NCBI GenBank assembly: GCA_051647685.1
Contig: JBOFEG010000010.1
Location: 1-60,457 of the forward strand
DNA length: 60,457 nt
Direction of reading: 5' to 3'
Origin: Chlamydiales bacterium
GTDB taxonomy: Bacteria > Chlamydiota > Chlamydiia > Chlamydiales > CALTSX01
The position numbers were made by a program, and so were the translations under genes. Under the pieces are notes generated by a model. The model worked only from the letters and a program-made list of their open reading frames with translations. It was not told the origin of the DNA and made no database searches. Below, piece after piece: positions 59,886 to 60,457 of this stretch (within the stretch, counting starts at the first letter, position 1; the number at the start of each line of letters is the position of its first letter).

Positions 59886-60457
59886 ATGATCAAACAAGTA
59901 TACTGCATAGTTATTTTCTTATTTTCTTATAATTTTTCTATATATGGCAATATTTCTTTAGAAAACTCTACTTTTCACCTCCGTCGATGTTGTAAACCAG
60001 CCAAACCGTGTCGAGGGCCTCCTGGGGTTCAGGGAAAACAAGGATCAACAGGGCCCCCAGGTTCTAGCGGAAGCGGATCTGGGATAACCGGGGCAACTGG
60101 TGCGACAGGAGCCACCGGCAGCACGGGTGCACGTGGAATAACCGGATCTACAGGTGCACGTGGAACTACAGGAACAACCGGATCTACAGGTGCTACAGGT
60201 AATGCAGGAACTACAGGTGCTACAGGTGCACGTGGAACTACAGGAACAACCGGATCTACAGGTGCTACAGGTAATGCAGGAACTACAGGTGCACGTGGAA
60301 CTACAGGAACCACAGGAACTACAGGTGCTACAGGTAATGCAGGTGCTACAGGAACAACCGGATCTACAGGTGCTACAGGTAATGCAGGAACTACAGGAAC
60401 TACAGGAACTACAGGAACAACCGGATCTACAGGTGCTACAGGTAATGCAGGAACTAC
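59886..60457 (+). CDS. Secreted collagen-like protein (Gly-X-Thr), truncated by window end
   Basis: ATG 59886: [21 protein letters not shown]...[27 protein letters not shown]...[16 protein letters not shown]...; no stop before the end, so absent from the ORF track. Confidence 0.88.
   Translation, partial: MIKQVYCIVIFLFSYNFSIYGNISLENSTFHLRRCCKPAKPCRGPPGVQGKQGSTGPPGSSGSGSGITGATGATGATGSTGARGITGSTGARGTTGTTGSTGATGNAGTTGATGARGTTGTTGSTGATGNAGTTGARGTTGTTGTTGATGNAGATGTTGSTGATGNAGTTGTTGTTGTTGSTGATGNAGT
60084..60457 (+). repeat. Tandem 9-nt collagen codon repeats with higher-order duplicated blocks
   Basis: Recurrent GGAACTACA/GGTGCTACA/GGATCTACA units; block GGAACAACCGGATCTACAGGTGCTACAGGTAATGCA repeated. 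Confidence 0.9.

Noticed and set aside
60029-60313. 94-aa Pro/Val-rich minus-strand ORF (PVVPVVP...)
   Set aside because: Antisense shadow of the plus-strand collagen Gly-X-Thr repeats

Overview
AT-rich bacterial window, most likely from an environmental Chlamydiota genome. Support: a long chlamydial-type LepB, type-2 IleRS, CT015/016/017- and CT021-like genes and Inc/T3SS-effector-like ORFs. Left part (1-31.7 kb) is mostly core genes: gatCAB, xerD, IscA/ferredoxin, mgtE, glmS, nudF, rimO, oppBCDF, MFS, lepB, BON-MscS, ileS. It is interspersed with effector-like ORFs, including an SH2-like protein and a protein with a T3SS needle/EspA-like C-terminal helix. A tmRNA gene (31884-32274) is overlapped at its 3' end by a truncated large serine recombinase. 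This marks a decaying ~16 kb accessory island carrying a candidate TPR-linked polymorphic toxin with two immunity-like ORFs, an HNH protein and a TraB/GumN pseudogene. The island also holds a block of normally cytoplasmic enzymes (glycosyltransferases, methyltransferases, OPRT, UPRT) that nearly all start with signal-peptide-like N-termini. Right part: RRM protein with a structured leader, msrB-msrA fusion, a beta-barrel protein, phoH and a CT016-like gene divergent around a CIRCE-like operator, SH3 protein, rmuC, typA, menG/ubiE, menF. A secreted collagen-like (Gly-X-Thr) gene, missed by the ORF track, runs off the window end. All calls come from motif recognition by eye; no searches were run.
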